Origin: Flavobacteriales bacterium
GTDB lineage: Bacteria; Bacteroidota; Bacteroidia; UBA10329
DNA length: 64,000 nucleotides
Direction: 5' to 3'
Assembly (NCBI GenBank): GCA_016124845.1
Contig: WGMW01000004.1
Span: forward strand, 4,242-68,241
Shown here: in pieces, positions 1-9,464 of the stretch
How positions within the stretch are numbered: the stretch's first letter is position 1
Layout of the letters: each line of letters starts with the position of its first letter
The notes under the pieces: generated by a model
Database searches by the model: none
Seen by the model: only the letters and a program-made list of their open reading frames with translations
Told to the model about the DNA's origin: nothing
Made by a program: the position numbers and the translations under genes

Positions 1-1
1 G

Positions 2-979
2 GGCGTGAGAGACCGGGCTTCCTATGTGCTGAAGCAAGACAAGATCAGATTGGTGCTGACCACCGCTTTGAACAGCGAATCTCCCATTGGGGAACACGTG
101 AAAAAGCATGGCGATGGCGTGAAAGTGACGGCTTTATGGGTTGAGGATGCACGGGCTGCATTTAAGGAAACGACCAAGCGCGGTGCCAAGCCATACATGC
201 AACCAACCGTTGAAAAGGATGAACACGGTGAAGTTGTCCGTGCGGGTATTTACACCTATGGAGAAACGGTTCACATGTTCGTGGAGCGCAAGAATTATAA
301 TGGCACATTCCTTCCTGGTTACAAAGAGTGGAAATCGGATTACAACCCCGCTCCAACTGGCCTGAAGTACATCGACCATATGGTCGGTAACGTTGGTTGG
401 GGAGAAATGAACACATGGGTGAAATGGTACGAGGACGTGATGGGTTTTGTGAACTTCCTATCCTTCGATGACAAGCAAATTCATACCGAATACTCGGCTC
501 TGATGAGTAAGGTGATGAGCAACGGGAATGGCCGAATCAAATTCCCGATCAACGAGCCCGCTGAAGGCAAGAAAAAATCTCAGATCGAAGAATACTTGGA
601 TTTCTACGAAAGCCCAGGCGTGCAGCACTTGGCATTAGCTACGGATGATATTCTTAAGACCGTGGCCGACCTCAGAAGTCGTGGCGTGGAGTTCCTTTCA
701 ACACCTCCAGAAGCGTATTATGATGAAATTCCGAAGCGTTTGGGCAAGCACATGGATATGATGAAGGAAGACATCAACGAATTGGCCAAACTCGGCATCA
801 TGATCGATGCGGATGAGGAAGGCTACCTGCTTCAGATATTCACCAAACCTGTGGAAGACCGACCAACGCTTTTCTATGAGATCATCCAGCGAATGGGTGC
901 TCGCGGTTTCGGTGCAGGAAACTTTAAAGCATTGTTCGAAAGCATTGAGCGCGAGCAGGAATTGCGGGGAACTTTATAG
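2..979 (+). CDS. hppD: 4-hydroxyphenylpyruvate dioxygenase, C-terminal ~324 aa (gene starts upstream of the window)
   Basis: The ORF runs in from the window edge. Both vicinal-oxygen-chelate repeats and the C-terminal ...FGAGNFKALFESIEREQ segment typical of HPPD are recognisable. Confidence 0.85.
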   Translation, partial: GVRDRASYVLKQDKIRLVLTTALNSESPIGEHVKKHGDGVKVTALWVEDARAAFKETTKRGAKPYMQPTVEKDEHGEVVRAGIYTYGETVHMFVERKNYNGTFLPGYKEWKSDYNPAPTGLKYIDHMVGNVGWGEMNTWVKWYEDVMGFVNFLSFDDKQIHTEYSALMSKVMSNGNGRIKFPINEPAEGKKKSQIEEYLDFYESPGVQHLALATDDILKTVADLRSRGVEFLSTPPEAYYDEIPKRLGKHMDMMKEDINELAKLGIMIDADEEGYLLQIFTKPVEDRPTLFYEIIQRMGARGFGAGNFKALFESIEREQELRGTL

Positions 980-982
980 CGG

Positions 983-1321
983 GTGAAACGCCTTATTGAA
1001 TTATCTAAATCTTGTACGATTTACTATGCTTCCGTTTCTACGTTTTTATTCTCGATAGTTTGGTGGAAGCACAGCGTTGAAACTGCTATATGGTCCACTG
1101 TTGCAATTTGGCAGATACTACTTACCGTAGACTTAATGCCAAGGCTTGTCTTAAAAAAGTTGAAGTTTCAATGGCAATATGTATTGAAGGGTGCAATATG
1201 GCTTGGCCTCGCAGTTGTTTTAGTGTGGTTTAGTATAAAAGTGTCGCTGATGGTATTGGGTGTAAGCTCAATAATATCCACTTACGCGGTTTATATTACA
1301 AACAAAGCCAGAAATCAATGA
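983..1321 (+). CDS. hypothetical small membrane protein
   Basis: 112-aa ORF with a GTG start and 3-4 hydrophobic segments. It fills the gap between hppD and the HAD gene. No recognisable family. Confidence 0.35.
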   Translation: MKRLIELSKSCTIYYASVSTFLFSIVWWKHSVETAIWSTVAIWQILLTVDLMPRLVLKKLKFQWQYVLKGAIWLGLAVVLVWFSIKVSLMVLGVSSIISTYAVYITNKARNQ

Positions 1322-1935
1322 ATCATGTTGAAGCTAAGCAAAATCGATCTTTGGCGCTGTTTGATTTTGACGGCACCATTTCCAACAAGGACAGCTTTGT
1401 GGCTTTCATGAAATTCACGCATGGAAAACCCGTGTTTATGATGCGCATGGCCATGGGTTTTCTCACGTTTGCGGGTTGGAAATTGGGTCTGGTGAAAAGT
1501 CATTTTACGAAGGTGAAAGCACTTCGATCCTTCTACAGAGGTTGGACGGAAGAACGGATGGCCGATGCGCGCAAGCGATTTACAGCTGAGGTCATTCCAA
1601 CCATTTTATTCCCGAAGGCAATCGAGAAGATCAACTGGCATAAGGAAAACGGTCATCGAATTATTGTGGTAACCGCAAGTTGCGATGCTTGGCTGAGCGA
1701 TTGGGCACACGAAATGGGATTGGAAATCCTATGCACCGAAATGGAACTGGAAAACGGCATTTACACGGGCAATCTCTCTAAACCGAACTGCCGTGGCCGA
1801 GAAAAAGTGAACCGCATCAACCAACATCTGAATTTGGAAGATTATTCAGCGATCTACGCTTACGGCAACGATCATGGCGACAATCAGATGCTTTCGATTG
1901 CCACGCATCCGCACATGCGAGAGTTTGAGAAATAA
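1318..1935 (+). CDS. HAD-IB family hydrolase/phosphatase
   Basis: N-terminal LFDFDGTI motif (HAD motif I) and a C-terminal GNDHGDN-like motif. ATG start overlaps the previous stop. Confidence 0.75.
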   Translation: MNHVEAKQNRSLALFDFDGTISNKDSFVAFMKFTHGKPVFMMRMAMGFLTFAGWKLGLVKSHFTKVKALRSFYRGWTEERMADARKRFTAEVIPTILFPKAIEKINWHKENGHRIIVVTASCDAWLSDWAHEMGLEILCTEMELENGIYTGNLSKPNCRGREKVNRINQHLNLEDYSAIYAYGNDHGDNQMLSIATHPHMREFEK

Positions 1936-1958
1936 GCCTTTACGATTACCTTGCTTTC

Positions 1959-3086
1959 ATGGATCAATTCAAAGAGTTCTTCCGAAAGAATGATGTAAAA
2001 ATTGGTGAAGGGAAGGATTTTGTCAGGATACCTCCGATTCACTATTCATCACTTCATAATGCTGTTCGTAGCTACTACGAGTCGTTCAGGACAAACCAAA
2101 GTATGATGCCATACATTTCAGACATCCACACTTGGTCGAGAGAAGCACACGCATTCAATTTTAAATCAACCGATGAAATCGTTCAGTCTATTTTAGGATT
2201 CCATCGATTCATCGAACTGTTATTGAAAGACATTCTTAGGCGGGTCAATCCATTTCTCGTTGTACGACTGGACCAGCATCCAAAGGACGTATTTGCTTTT
2301 CTTGACCAAACCGCAGACCCAGACACAATCAGAACTGTTGAATTTCAGGAAACACTAAGAAGGTTCAAACAGGCATTTTTACACTATGACTCAACATCTG
2401 AAGTTTACCAGAACGTGTTGAAACGATATAAATTCATCCTGTCAAAGGAGAATCAAGAAACGATTTCTGTCCTAACAGAATGGCGAAACCGAATTATGCA
2501 CAACGGGAACACACTTCCAAACTTCATTTCATTCGAGTATTTGGTTTCGCAAAGATTGTTCCCAATGCTTCAAAGCCTTCTGAAGGCTGAAAAGGACATG
2601 TTGAAGAATTGGCGACCGTTGTACTTCGAAACCCATACCGGTCTTAACCTATTGGAGGAAATTCTTTCCGTAAGGTTTTCTTTTACGGACTTTTCAAATG
2701 AAACCAAGACCAAAACAATAATAAAGGCGCTACTAAAACTTGGCCATCTAAAGGAGTTGGGACGTGCCGCTGACAACCATGATTTTGGTAAGCGAAATGG
2801 TATTTCATACTATGAACCTCAATCTGGCAACCCGAATATCAGAACTGAACGATTTGTCGAATCAGAAACTCAGTTACCTGATTTCTTTAGTCGCCACAAT
2901 TGTATTTGCTGTGGAGCGAAAACTTTAATCGTTTATCGGAGCATCGTTGAGCTTCCCGACCCAACAAAAGCCATCCCCATTAGCTGGTTGAAGTGTTATA
3001 ATTGTGACTATTCGATTTCGCGAGGACATGTCGGAGACCCATTTGACTTTGGACTTTCCGAAAAGAGACTGTTCCCCGATTATTAA
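1959..3086 (+). CDS. hypothetical protein with a HEPN-like RNxxxH motif and a C-terminal four-cysteine zinc ribbon
   Basis: 375-aa ORF. Mid-protein motif EWRNRIMHNG fits the R-[N]-x3-H HEPN consensus. C-terminus carries CICCG...CYNCD (CxxC...CxxC). No recognisable housekeeping family. Confidence 0.6.
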   Translation: MDQFKEFFRKNDVKIGEGKDFVRIPPIHYSSLHNAVRSYYESFRTNQSMMPYISDIHTWSREAHAFNFKSTDEIVQSILGFHRFIELLLKDILRRVNPFLVVRLDQHPKDVFAFLDQTADPDTIRTVEFQETLRRFKQAFLHYDSTSEVYQNVLKRYKFILSKENQETISVLTEWRNRIMHNGNTLPNFISFEYLVSQRLFPMLQSLLKAEKDMLKNWRPLYFETHTGLNLLEEILSVRFSFTDFSNETKTKTIIKALLKLGHLKELGRAADNHDFGKRNGISYYEPQSGNPNIRTERFVESETQLPDFFSRHNCICCGAKTLIVYRSIVELPDPTKAIPISWLKCYNCDYSISRGHVGDPFDFGLSEKRLFPDY

Positions 3087-3781
3087 AACACCCTCTTCGG
3101 CTTCCCAGCCACAAAATCTTTCAGGTAATAGGGTTCAAAGTAGGCGACATCTTCAAACTGTTTGGCTGCAAACTTTCCTTCCGCCAAACCGATCATTCCT
3201 CTTGCACTTGGGTTGAAATCATCCAAGAAGATGGCATTCGGGTGGTTGATGAACTCTTTGCATTTGCCCGCGCCATCACCCAAAAACGCCACGTTGCCTT
3301 TTTCCAATTCTTCGGCAAAACTGGCTTCATCAATGATCTCTGCGGAAACAGGTTGAAGCTCTTTCAGCGAAGCATCGAACATTTGAGTGTAAACTTCCAT
3401 CCTGCGCGCATCGATCATCGGACAGAAAAAGGAGATATCGGTCAGTTGTTCTGAAAATTCTGTCATTGCCCAATGAGTCATGGATTCCAACGAACCGACC
3501 GAAAGCAACGGAATTCCCAGCCCATAACACAACCCTTTTGCAGCAGAAACACCGATGCGCAAACCTGTGTAGGAACCAGGGCCTTTCGAGACGCAGACCG
3601 CATCCAGATCGGAAGGTTTCAAACCTGCCTTTTTGATGGTCTCATCGATAAAAACCACCAGTTTTTCGGAATGGGAATAGGTTTGATCGTGCGTCTCTTT
3701 CAGCGCAAGCGTTTCGCCATTGCGCGACACAGCGACCGAACATGTGAGCGTGGCACTTTCAATATGAAGAATGGTTGGCAA
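3083..3781 (-). CDS. tsaB: tRNA threonylcarbamoyladenosine biosynthesis protein TsaB (YeaZ)
   Basis: 232 aa. N-terminal ILHIESATLTCSVAV.NGE fold characteristic of TsaB/YeaZ (inactive Kae1 paralogue). Its 3' end overlaps the convergent gene by 4 nt. Confidence 0.85.
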   Translation of the reverse strand: MPTILHIESATLTCSVAVSRNGETLALKETHDQTYSHSEKLVVFIDETIKKAGLKPSDLDAVCVSKGPGSYTGLRIGVSAAKGLCYGLGIPLLSVGSLESMTHWAMTEFSEQLTDISFFCPMIDARRMEVYTQMFDASLKELQPVSAEIIDEASFAEELEKGNVAFLGDGAGKCKEFINHPNAIFLDDFNPSARGMIGLAEGKFAAKQFEDVAYFEPYYLKDFVAGKPKRVF

Positions 3782-3792
3782 ACCGCTTGGGT

Positions 3793-5211
3793 TTAGTCAC
3801 CGAAGCCGCCTTCGCCTTCGTTGGATTTGTACAGTTCGTCTTTGGAAACGACCTCAACCTCATCGCCTGGCGCAAGTTTTTTGGAGATGGCACGGTAAGG
3901 AGCGGTCACCACACGGTCTCCGAGCTCAACACCCGAAACAACCTCAATGTACTCGTTGTCCTGAATGCCCGTTTTCACCTGCTTCACCACTACATCGTTC
4001 CCATCCACCACAAATACAAGTTCAATGGCATCTTCTTCCCGTGCAGGTTTATCTATCGCTTCTTCCTCTTCATCATCACCCTCATCCGATGGCGGACCTT
4101 TTCTGCGTTCACGTCTTTCTTCACGGTTTTCCACCTGCTTCTCCAGTTCAGACTTGGTGCGTGTGGTGACCGCCTGAATCGGTACACTCAACACATCTTT
4201 TACCTGTCGCGTTCTGATGTCGACCGTGGCGCTCATACCAGGGCGGAATGGCGACTGATCGGGCTGCTTCTCATTCACGAGATCCGAATAAGAAGTTCTT
4301 AGAATACGGACCTTTACTTCGAAATTGGTGATCTGATCGGTACCCGTTCCATCCGACTTGGCCGAATTGGCAATATTGGTCACAATGCCTTTGAACGTCT
4401 TGTCGAGATACGCATCCACCTCAATATCACAGGTGTCGTTGTAACCCACACGGATGATGTCGTTCTCATTTACTTCTACCACCACTTCCATTTCCGCGAG
4501 GTCGGCAATGGTCATGATCTCCGAACCTTGCATCTGAGAAGTTCCCACCACGCGCTCGCCCTTCTCGAAATTGAGTTTGGAAATGGTTCCATTTACAGGC
4601 GAGTAGATCTCCGTTCGCGTAAGGCTTTTCTGTGCTTCCTGTAGCGATGCTTCGGCACTTTTCACTTGGAAGCGACTGGCCTCCACGCTTTGCTGTGATG
4701 CTTCCACATCGCTTTGCGCCACGTTGTATTCGCTTAGCGAAGCATCATACTCCGATTGCGCCACCACCTTATCCTCAAACAACTGTTTTACCCGCTCATA
4801 ATTGGCTTTGGAATTGGTCAATCGCGCTTCCGATTGCGCCAATCGAGATTGCGCATTTGCCAAGTTGGCACGACTTGTATTCAGAGCAGCTTCCAATCGC
4901 TCCACATTCGATTTCTGAATATCTGGATCGATCTTCACCAACAGCTGTCCTTCTTCCACGCGGTCGCCTTCCTTTACGGGAAGTTCCATGATCTCTCCCG
5001 AAACATCTGGACTGATCTTCACTTCCGATTCGGACTGGATCTTGCCGCTGGCAGAAACTGTTTCGGTGATGTCGCGCTTGGCAACTTCCTCCACGGCCAC
5101 TTTTTCGGCAGATGAACTACCGACAAGACCTTTCTTCTTTAAGATGATGGCAACTACCAGCAGTGCCACAACGGCCACCGCCAGAACGATGAGAATTCGA
5201 TTGTTTTTCAT
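3793..5211 (-). CDS. HlyD/MacA-family efflux periplasmic adaptor subunit
   Basis: N-terminal transmembrane anchor, a long coiled-coil hairpin and beta-barrel/lipoyl segments typical of membrane fusion proteins. Contains an unusual acidic insert (DEGDDEEEEAIDKPAREED). Confidence 0.85.
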   Translation of the reverse strand: MKNNRILIVLAVAVVALLVVAIILKKKGLVGSSSAEKVAVEEVAKRDITETVSASGKIQSESEVKISPDVSGEIMELPVKEGDRVEEGQLLVKIDPDIQKSNVERLEAALNTSRANLANAQSRLAQSEARLTNSKANYERVKQLFEDKVVAQSEYDASLSEYNVAQSDVEASQQSVEASRFQVKSAEASLQEAQKSLTRTEIYSPVNGTISKLNFEKGERVVGTSQMQGSEIMTIADLAEMEVVVEVNENDIIRVGYNDTCDIEVDAYLDKTFKGIVTNIANSAKSDGTGTDQITNFEVKVRILRTSYSDLVNEKQPDQSPFRPGMSATVDIRTRQVKDVLSVPIQAVTTRTKSELEKQVENREERRERRKGPPSDEGDDEEEEAIDKPAREEDAIELVFVVDGNDVVVKQVKTGIQDNEYIEVVSGVELGDRVVTAPYRAISKKLAPGDEVEVVSKDELYKSNEGEGGFGD

Positions 5212-6563
5212 TTGGTCTGGTCAAAAGTAATCGGTTTGCCTTGGTAGAAATCCAACACCTTCATTTTGAAAATGTAGTCGTATTTCGCTCGCAGCAGTTC
5301 CGACCTTGTCCGTGTGAGGTTATTGGAAGCCGTATTGAAATCCAGCGCGTTCATCATGCCCACATCATAGCGCTGTTTGGCGTATTCGAATGCCTGTTCG
5401 GTGGCCTTCACGCTCTTGTCGCTGGCATCGAACTGACGCTTGGATGAACTGGCATCATTGTACGCCTGTTGTACCGAGGAATAGAGCTTGTTCTTCTCGT
5501 CCTGCAAAGAGAGCTCTGCATTGATGCGGCTCAACCGCGCCTTGCCCACCGAAGTGCGGCTGCGCAACCCATTGAAGATCGGAACACTAAGCGAGAATCC
5601 GATGTTCTCACCAAGGTTGTTCTGAAGCTGCTTTCCGTACGGATCGGAAACACCCGTAAAAGATTTGGCACTTGAATATCTCGTTCCCAGCGAAGCACTA
5701 CCGCTTATTGTTGGTGTGTACGAAGCAAAAGCGATCTTCTCCCCTTTCTCGGCACTTCTCAATCTGGCCTCCTTTGCCTTGATCTTCGGCCAATTGTCCA
5801 ACGCCTGATCGTAAATGATTCCAACCGTAACTGCATTCAGACCTGTTAAGGGCAGGTCCACCTCTGGCCGCTCAATTCGAAATGGCTCCGAAGCAGGCAG
5901 GTTCAGCATTTGTTTGAGTGTGAGAATGGACGTGTTGAGCGCATTCTCCGCATTGACCACCTGAAGTTCGTTGCTTGCCAACTGCGCTTCCACATCATAG
6001 ACATTTCCCAGCGGCACCGAACCAGCATCCGCCATTTTCCTCGTACGCTCCAATTGCTCTTTTGTCACCTCCAACTGCTGGTAGGCCACATCCAAAAGCT
6101 CCTCGTTGAACATGATCTGCATGAAAGCCGTGGCAATGTTGAGGCTGATGTCGTTGCCCAGGCCATCCAGATCGTAACCTGCGGCCTGCAGATCCACCTG
6201 CGACTGCTTGAACGTGTTCAGCAGACGGAAACCGTTGAAGAGCGTAACGTTACTCTGCGCACCCCAACTGTTGTTGTTGATCTGCTGATTCACATACGTG
6301 TTGGTCACGAAGTCGATGTTCCGACCAAAGTTGATGTTGAAACTGGAACTGGCGTTGAGGTTCGGAAACATCATGGCCAACGCCTGCGACTTGTCCAAGC
6401 GGGCAGACTCCTGCTGTAATACCGACTGTTTGATCTGAATGTTGTGCTCGAACGCGTAACTGATGCAACGCTCCAATGTCCACTCATCCTGCGCCATGGT
6501 GCGGGAAGATGAGAAGAGGAAGAGCACGGTCAGCGTTAGAGCAATGGTTTTGAATGGATTCAT
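5208..6563 (-). CDS. TolC-family outer membrane efflux protein
   Basis: Two-repeat TolC architecture. Signal peptide starts at an internal Met (MNPFKTIALTLTVLFLF); the track ORF extends to 6635 via an alternative start. Overlaps the adaptor gene by 4 nt, so they form an operon. Confidence 0.85.
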   Translation of the reverse strand: MNPFKTIALTLTVLFLFSSSRTMAQDEWTLERCISYAFEHNIQIKQSVLQQESARLDKSQALAMMFPNLNASSSFNINFGRNIDFVTNTYVNQQINNNSWGAQSNVTLFNGFRLLNTFKQSQVDLQAAGYDLDGLGNDISLNIATAFMQIMFNEELLDVAYQQLEVTKEQLERTRKMADAGSVPLGNVYDVEAQLASNELQVVNAENALNTSILTLKQMLNLPASEPFRIERPEVDLPLTGLNAVTVGIIYDQALDNWPKIKAKEARLRSAEKGEKIAFASYTPTISGSASLGTRYSSAKSFTGVSDPYGKQLQNNLGENIGFSLSVPIFNGLRSRTSVGKARLSRINAELSLQDEKNKLYSSVQQAYNDASSSKRQFDASDKSVKATEQAFEYAKQRYDVGMMNALDFNTASNNLTRTRSELLRAKYDYIFKMKVLDFYQGKPITFDQTK

Positions 6564-6812
6564 ACTCCCTGTTTTCACGCGCCAAAAGTAACCAAATGGG
6601 CTGGCCTTGGTCTGAACTTGCCAGTTATCGATCACAATTAATGTTAAGGTCAGATTGCTGCGTTTTGTTCAAAATGTGCAGGTTCGAACAGGCCGTTAAC
6701 TTAACGTAATAGACCGTTTGGCAGCACCCGCGAGGGGTGGATAACAAACGTTTGCAGAATTGAAATTTGCTTATGTTTGCAGCGATTTTAAACCTACCAA
6801 AAGCAGATAATC

Positions 6813-7049
6813 ATGTCTGATATTGCATCAAGAGTAAAAGCTATTATCGTAGATAAATTGGGTGTTGATGAGAACGAGGTGACACCAGAGGCAAGTTTCA
6901 CAAACGACCTTGGGGCCGATTCGTTGGATACGGTTGAGCTGATCATGGAGTTTGAGAAGGAATTCAATATTGCCATTCCTGACGATCAGGCCGAGAACAT
7001 CGGTACAGTCGGTGAGGCGATCAAATACATAGAGGAGAACGCCAAGTAG
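6813..7049 (+). CDS. acpP: acyl carrier protein
   Basis: 78 aa with the [16 protein letters not shown] phosphopantetheine attachment motif. Confidence 0.95.
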   Translation: MSDIASRVKAIIVDKLGVDENEVTPEASFTNDLGADSLDTVELIMEFEKEFNIAIPDDQAENIGTVGEAIKYIEENAK

Positions 7050-7074
7050 ATCTCCCTTATTGGGATAAAGAACT

Positions 7075-7117
7075 TACCCGCTTCCCATCCGCCCGAGGCG
7101 GATTCGGGTAGCGGGTA
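7075..7117. repeat. nested GC-rich hairpin (REP-like) between acpP and fabF with core CCGCCCGAGGCGG
   Basis: tacccgc...gcgggta encloses atccgcc-cgag-ggcggat. The same CCGCCCGAGGCGG hairpin core recurs at 29263-29279. Confidence 0.4.
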
Positions 7118-7130
7118 TTTAAGTTAATAG

Positions 7131-8384
7131 ATGGAGCTTAAACGAGCGGTAATAACAGGTATGGGTGCGCTTACACCCGTTGGCAATACGCTGGATGCGT
7201 ATTGGCAGAACCTGATCGCTGGGAAAAGTGGTGCCGCTCCCATCACGCATTTCGATGCCTCCAAGTTCAAAACGCAGTTTGCCTGCGAGGTGAAGAACTT
7301 CGATCCCGAAGAACACTTCGACCGTAAGGAAGCCCGCAAACTGGACCCGTTCGCGCAGTATGCGCTGGTAAGCGCCACAGAGGCGTGGGCAGATTCTGGG
7401 TTGGATGAGAACACGATCAACCACGACCGCGCGGGCGTTATCTGGGGTTCGGGCATCGGAGGCTTGAAGACCTTTTATGATGAATGCACCGAGTTTGCCG
7501 CAGGCGATGGTACGCCACGGTTCAACCCGTTCTTCATCCCGAAGATGATCGCGGACATTGCCGCAGGTCACATCTCCATGAAATGGAACTTGCGCGGTCC
7601 GAATTTCACCACGGTTTCGGCCTGCGCATCCTCCACCAATTCGCTGATCGATTCGTTCAATTACATCCGCTTGGGCAAAGCAGACATCTTCGTTACTGGA
7701 GGTTCGGAAGCGGCCGTAACACAAGCTGGTGTTGGCGGATTCAACGCCATGAAAGCGCTCTCGCAACGGAATGATTCGCCTGAAACAGCTTCGCGTCCGT
7801 TTGACCTTGACCGCGATGGTTTTGTTCTGGGAGAAGGTGCTGGCTCGCTCATCGTAGAAGAATTGGAGCATGCGCTTGCACGAGGTGCCAAGATCTATGC
7901 TGAGATTGTTGGTGGCGGCATGAGTGCCGATGCGCACCACATCACCGCTCCGCACCCAGAAGGTTTGGGCGCGATGAACGTGATGCGGGCTGCTTTGGAA
8001 GATGCGGGCATGAACGCAAGTGAGATTGATTACATCAACGTGCACGGAACAAGCACGCCATTGGGCGATATTGCTGAATCAAAAGCCATCATGGAAGTAT
8101 TCGGTGAGCAGGCTTTCAACATGAACATCAGTTCCACCAAATCGATGACAGGGCACTTGCTTGGTGCAGCTGGTGCAATCGAGGCCATTGCTTCGGTGAT
8201 GGCTGTGAAGAACGATATCGTTCCACCGACCATCAACCATTTTACAGATGACCCCGAGTTCAACCCGAAGTTGAATTTCACATTCAATAAGGCGCAAAAG
8301 CGAACCGTGAATGCTGCCCTCAGCAACACGTTCGGGTTTGGAGGCCACAACGCCTCGGTCATCGTCAAGAAGTTCGTTCAGTAA
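7131..8384 (+). CDS. fabF: beta-ketoacyl-ACP synthase II
   Basis: 417 aa. Active-site regions (ACASS Cys, HGTSTPLGD His, GHLLGAAG) typical of FabF. Sits immediately after acpP. Confidence 0.95.
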   Translation: MELKRAVITGMGALTPVGNTLDAYWQNLIAGKSGAAPITHFDASKFKTQFACEVKNFDPEEHFDRKEARKLDPFAQYALVSATEAWADSGLDENTINHDRAGVIWGSGIGGLKTFYDECTEFAAGDGTPRFNPFFIPKMIADIAAGHISMKWNLRGPNFTTVSACASSTNSLIDSFNYIRLGKADIFVTGGSEAAVTQAGVGGFNAMKALSQRNDSPETASRPFDLDRDGFVLGEGAGSLIVEELEHALARGAKIYAEIVGGGMSADAHHITAPHPEGLGAMNVMRAALEDAGMNASEIDYINVHGTSTPLGDIAESKAIMEVFGEQAFNMNISSTKSMTGHLLGAAGAIEAIASVMAVKNDIVPPTINHFTDDPEFNPKLNFTFNKAQKRTVNAALSNTFGFGGHNASVIVKKFVQ

Positions 8385-8394
8385 TCATTCTCCG

Positions 8395-9114
8395 TTGATC
8401 AATTCTCTTCGCAGCTTTTTCGGTCGAGACAAGGAACTGACGAAATCGCTGCGCAATCTGCTTGGATTCACCCCAAGAAACGTATCCGTCTATCGCTTGG
8501 CGCTGATACATAAATCTGCTGGAGAACGATTATCTGATGGCACGCTTGTGAGCAACGAACGCTTGGAGTTTTTGGGCGATGCTGTGCTGAGCGCGGTGGT
8601 GGCCAAGTACCTTTTTCAGCGTTATCCGTTCGAAAACGAAGGCTTCCTGACGGAAACCCGATCGAAAGTGGTGAGCCGAAAGAACCTGAACGGTTTGGCC
8701 CGCAAACTTGGCCTGCCAGAAATGGTGGAAAAAAGCAATGAAAACCACCGTATTAGTTCTTCCCTTGGCGGAGACGCATTGGAAGCATTGGTCGGGGCCA
8801 TCTTCCTCGATCGTGGCTTTCAAGCAGCCGAGAAGTTCATCCTGGACCGAATGATCGATCACTACGTGGACCTCGATAAACTTTTGGTGGAAGACGCCAA
8901 TTTCAAAAGCCGCCTGATAGAATGGTGCCAGAAAGAGAAGCACAAATTCGAATTCGAACTCCTGGAGGGAACTGTTGACGGCCACCGGCCATCATTCACC
9001 ATTCAAGTGAAGGTGGATGGCAAGCCACAGGGAAAAGGAACCGACCGCACCAAGAAGCGCGCTGAACAGGCCGCAGCCAAAGTAGCCTGCGAAAACCTCA
9101 AACTTGGGGTTTAG
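8395..9114 (+). CDS. rnc: ribonuclease III
   Basis: RNase III signature ERLEFLGDAVL plus a C-terminal dsRBD. The track ORF (8311) is an upstream extension overlapping fabF. The likely start is the TTG/ATC near 8395, just after the fabF stop. Confidence 0.88.
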   Translation: MINSLRSFFGRDKELTKSLRNLLGFTPRNVSVYRLALIHKSAGERLSDGTLVSNERLEFLGDAVLSAVVAKYLFQRYPFENEGFLTETRSKVVSRKNLNGLARKLGLPEMVEKSNENHRISSSLGGDALEALVGAIFLDRGFQAAEKFILDRMIDHYVDLDKLLVEDANFKSRLIEWCQKEKHKFEFELLEGTVDGHRPSFTIQVKVDGKPQGKGTDRTKKRAEQAAAKVACENLKLGV

Positions 9115-9119
9115 ATTTA

Positions 9120-9389
9120 AGACCTTCAAGGTTTTAGAAATAGGGGGCCGAAATGCCACTTTTAAGGATGGATTCATCCTCCTTTTCAGTTTCGCTCTTA
9201 TGGAGCTCATGACCGTCAGTAGGCGCATTTCTACCATAGTGCCGTTCCTACGGAACTGCGCAAGTCCCAGCGGGACGGAATTATGGTAGCAATAGGTTCC
9301 ATCTGTACATCAAAGTCCCGTAGGGACGACACCTTTTCAGAACAGATTTCTCTTTTCGGACACCCCTGTTTTAGTAACCTTGAAGGTCT
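9120..9389. repeat. intergenic element bounded by perfect 14-bp inverted repeats (AGACCTTCAAGGTT / AACCTTGAAGGTCT); MITE-like element or structured RNA
   Basis: IRs at 9120-9133 and 9376-9389 lie 242 bp apart. The interior has a 7-bp closing helix (CTACCAT/ATGGTAG) around two GTYCC-NNN-GGRAC hairpins, plus a third similar hairpin. Confidence 0.3.
9164..9186 (+). terminator. rho-independent terminator after rnc
   Basis: AGGATG-GATT-CATCCT stem followed by CCTTTT. Confidence 0.5.
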
Positions 9390-9464
9390 CATCCGTCATT
9401 TAACCCAAATGCAATGTGCCGACCAACGAACAATCCGTTCTAATTATACCTTTGGTGGCACACC

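Noticed and set aside
6636-6812. Bacteroidetes-type promoter upstream of acpP (TTG ... TATGTTTG around 6745-6775)
   Set aside because: The motif match (TAnnTTTG with an upstream TTG at roughly 17 nt) is plausible, but the spacing is slightly short and I cannot score it without a matrix. Not listed as a feature.
7119-8045. 308-aa minus-strand ORF fully inside fabF (similar long antisense ORFs lie inside pyk 10570-11418, dxr 24048-25230, trkA 32321-32941, trkH 33728-34549, metG 41725-42339 and the operon ATPase 60047-60901)
   Set aside because: These are shadow ORFs opposite strongly conserved, confidently identified genes. They have no recognisable motifs and a biased composition typical of antisense frames.
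8311-8394. N-terminal extension of rnc overlapping fabF, with similar track extensions for trkA (31622), trkH (33182), icd (18901), GH1 (21300), TolC (6635), lpxL-like (15892), parE (40680) and C-N hydrolase (29181)
   Set aside because: The track takes the longest ORF using alternative starts. Conserved N-termini or signal peptides begin at internal Met codons, so I trimmed those starts.
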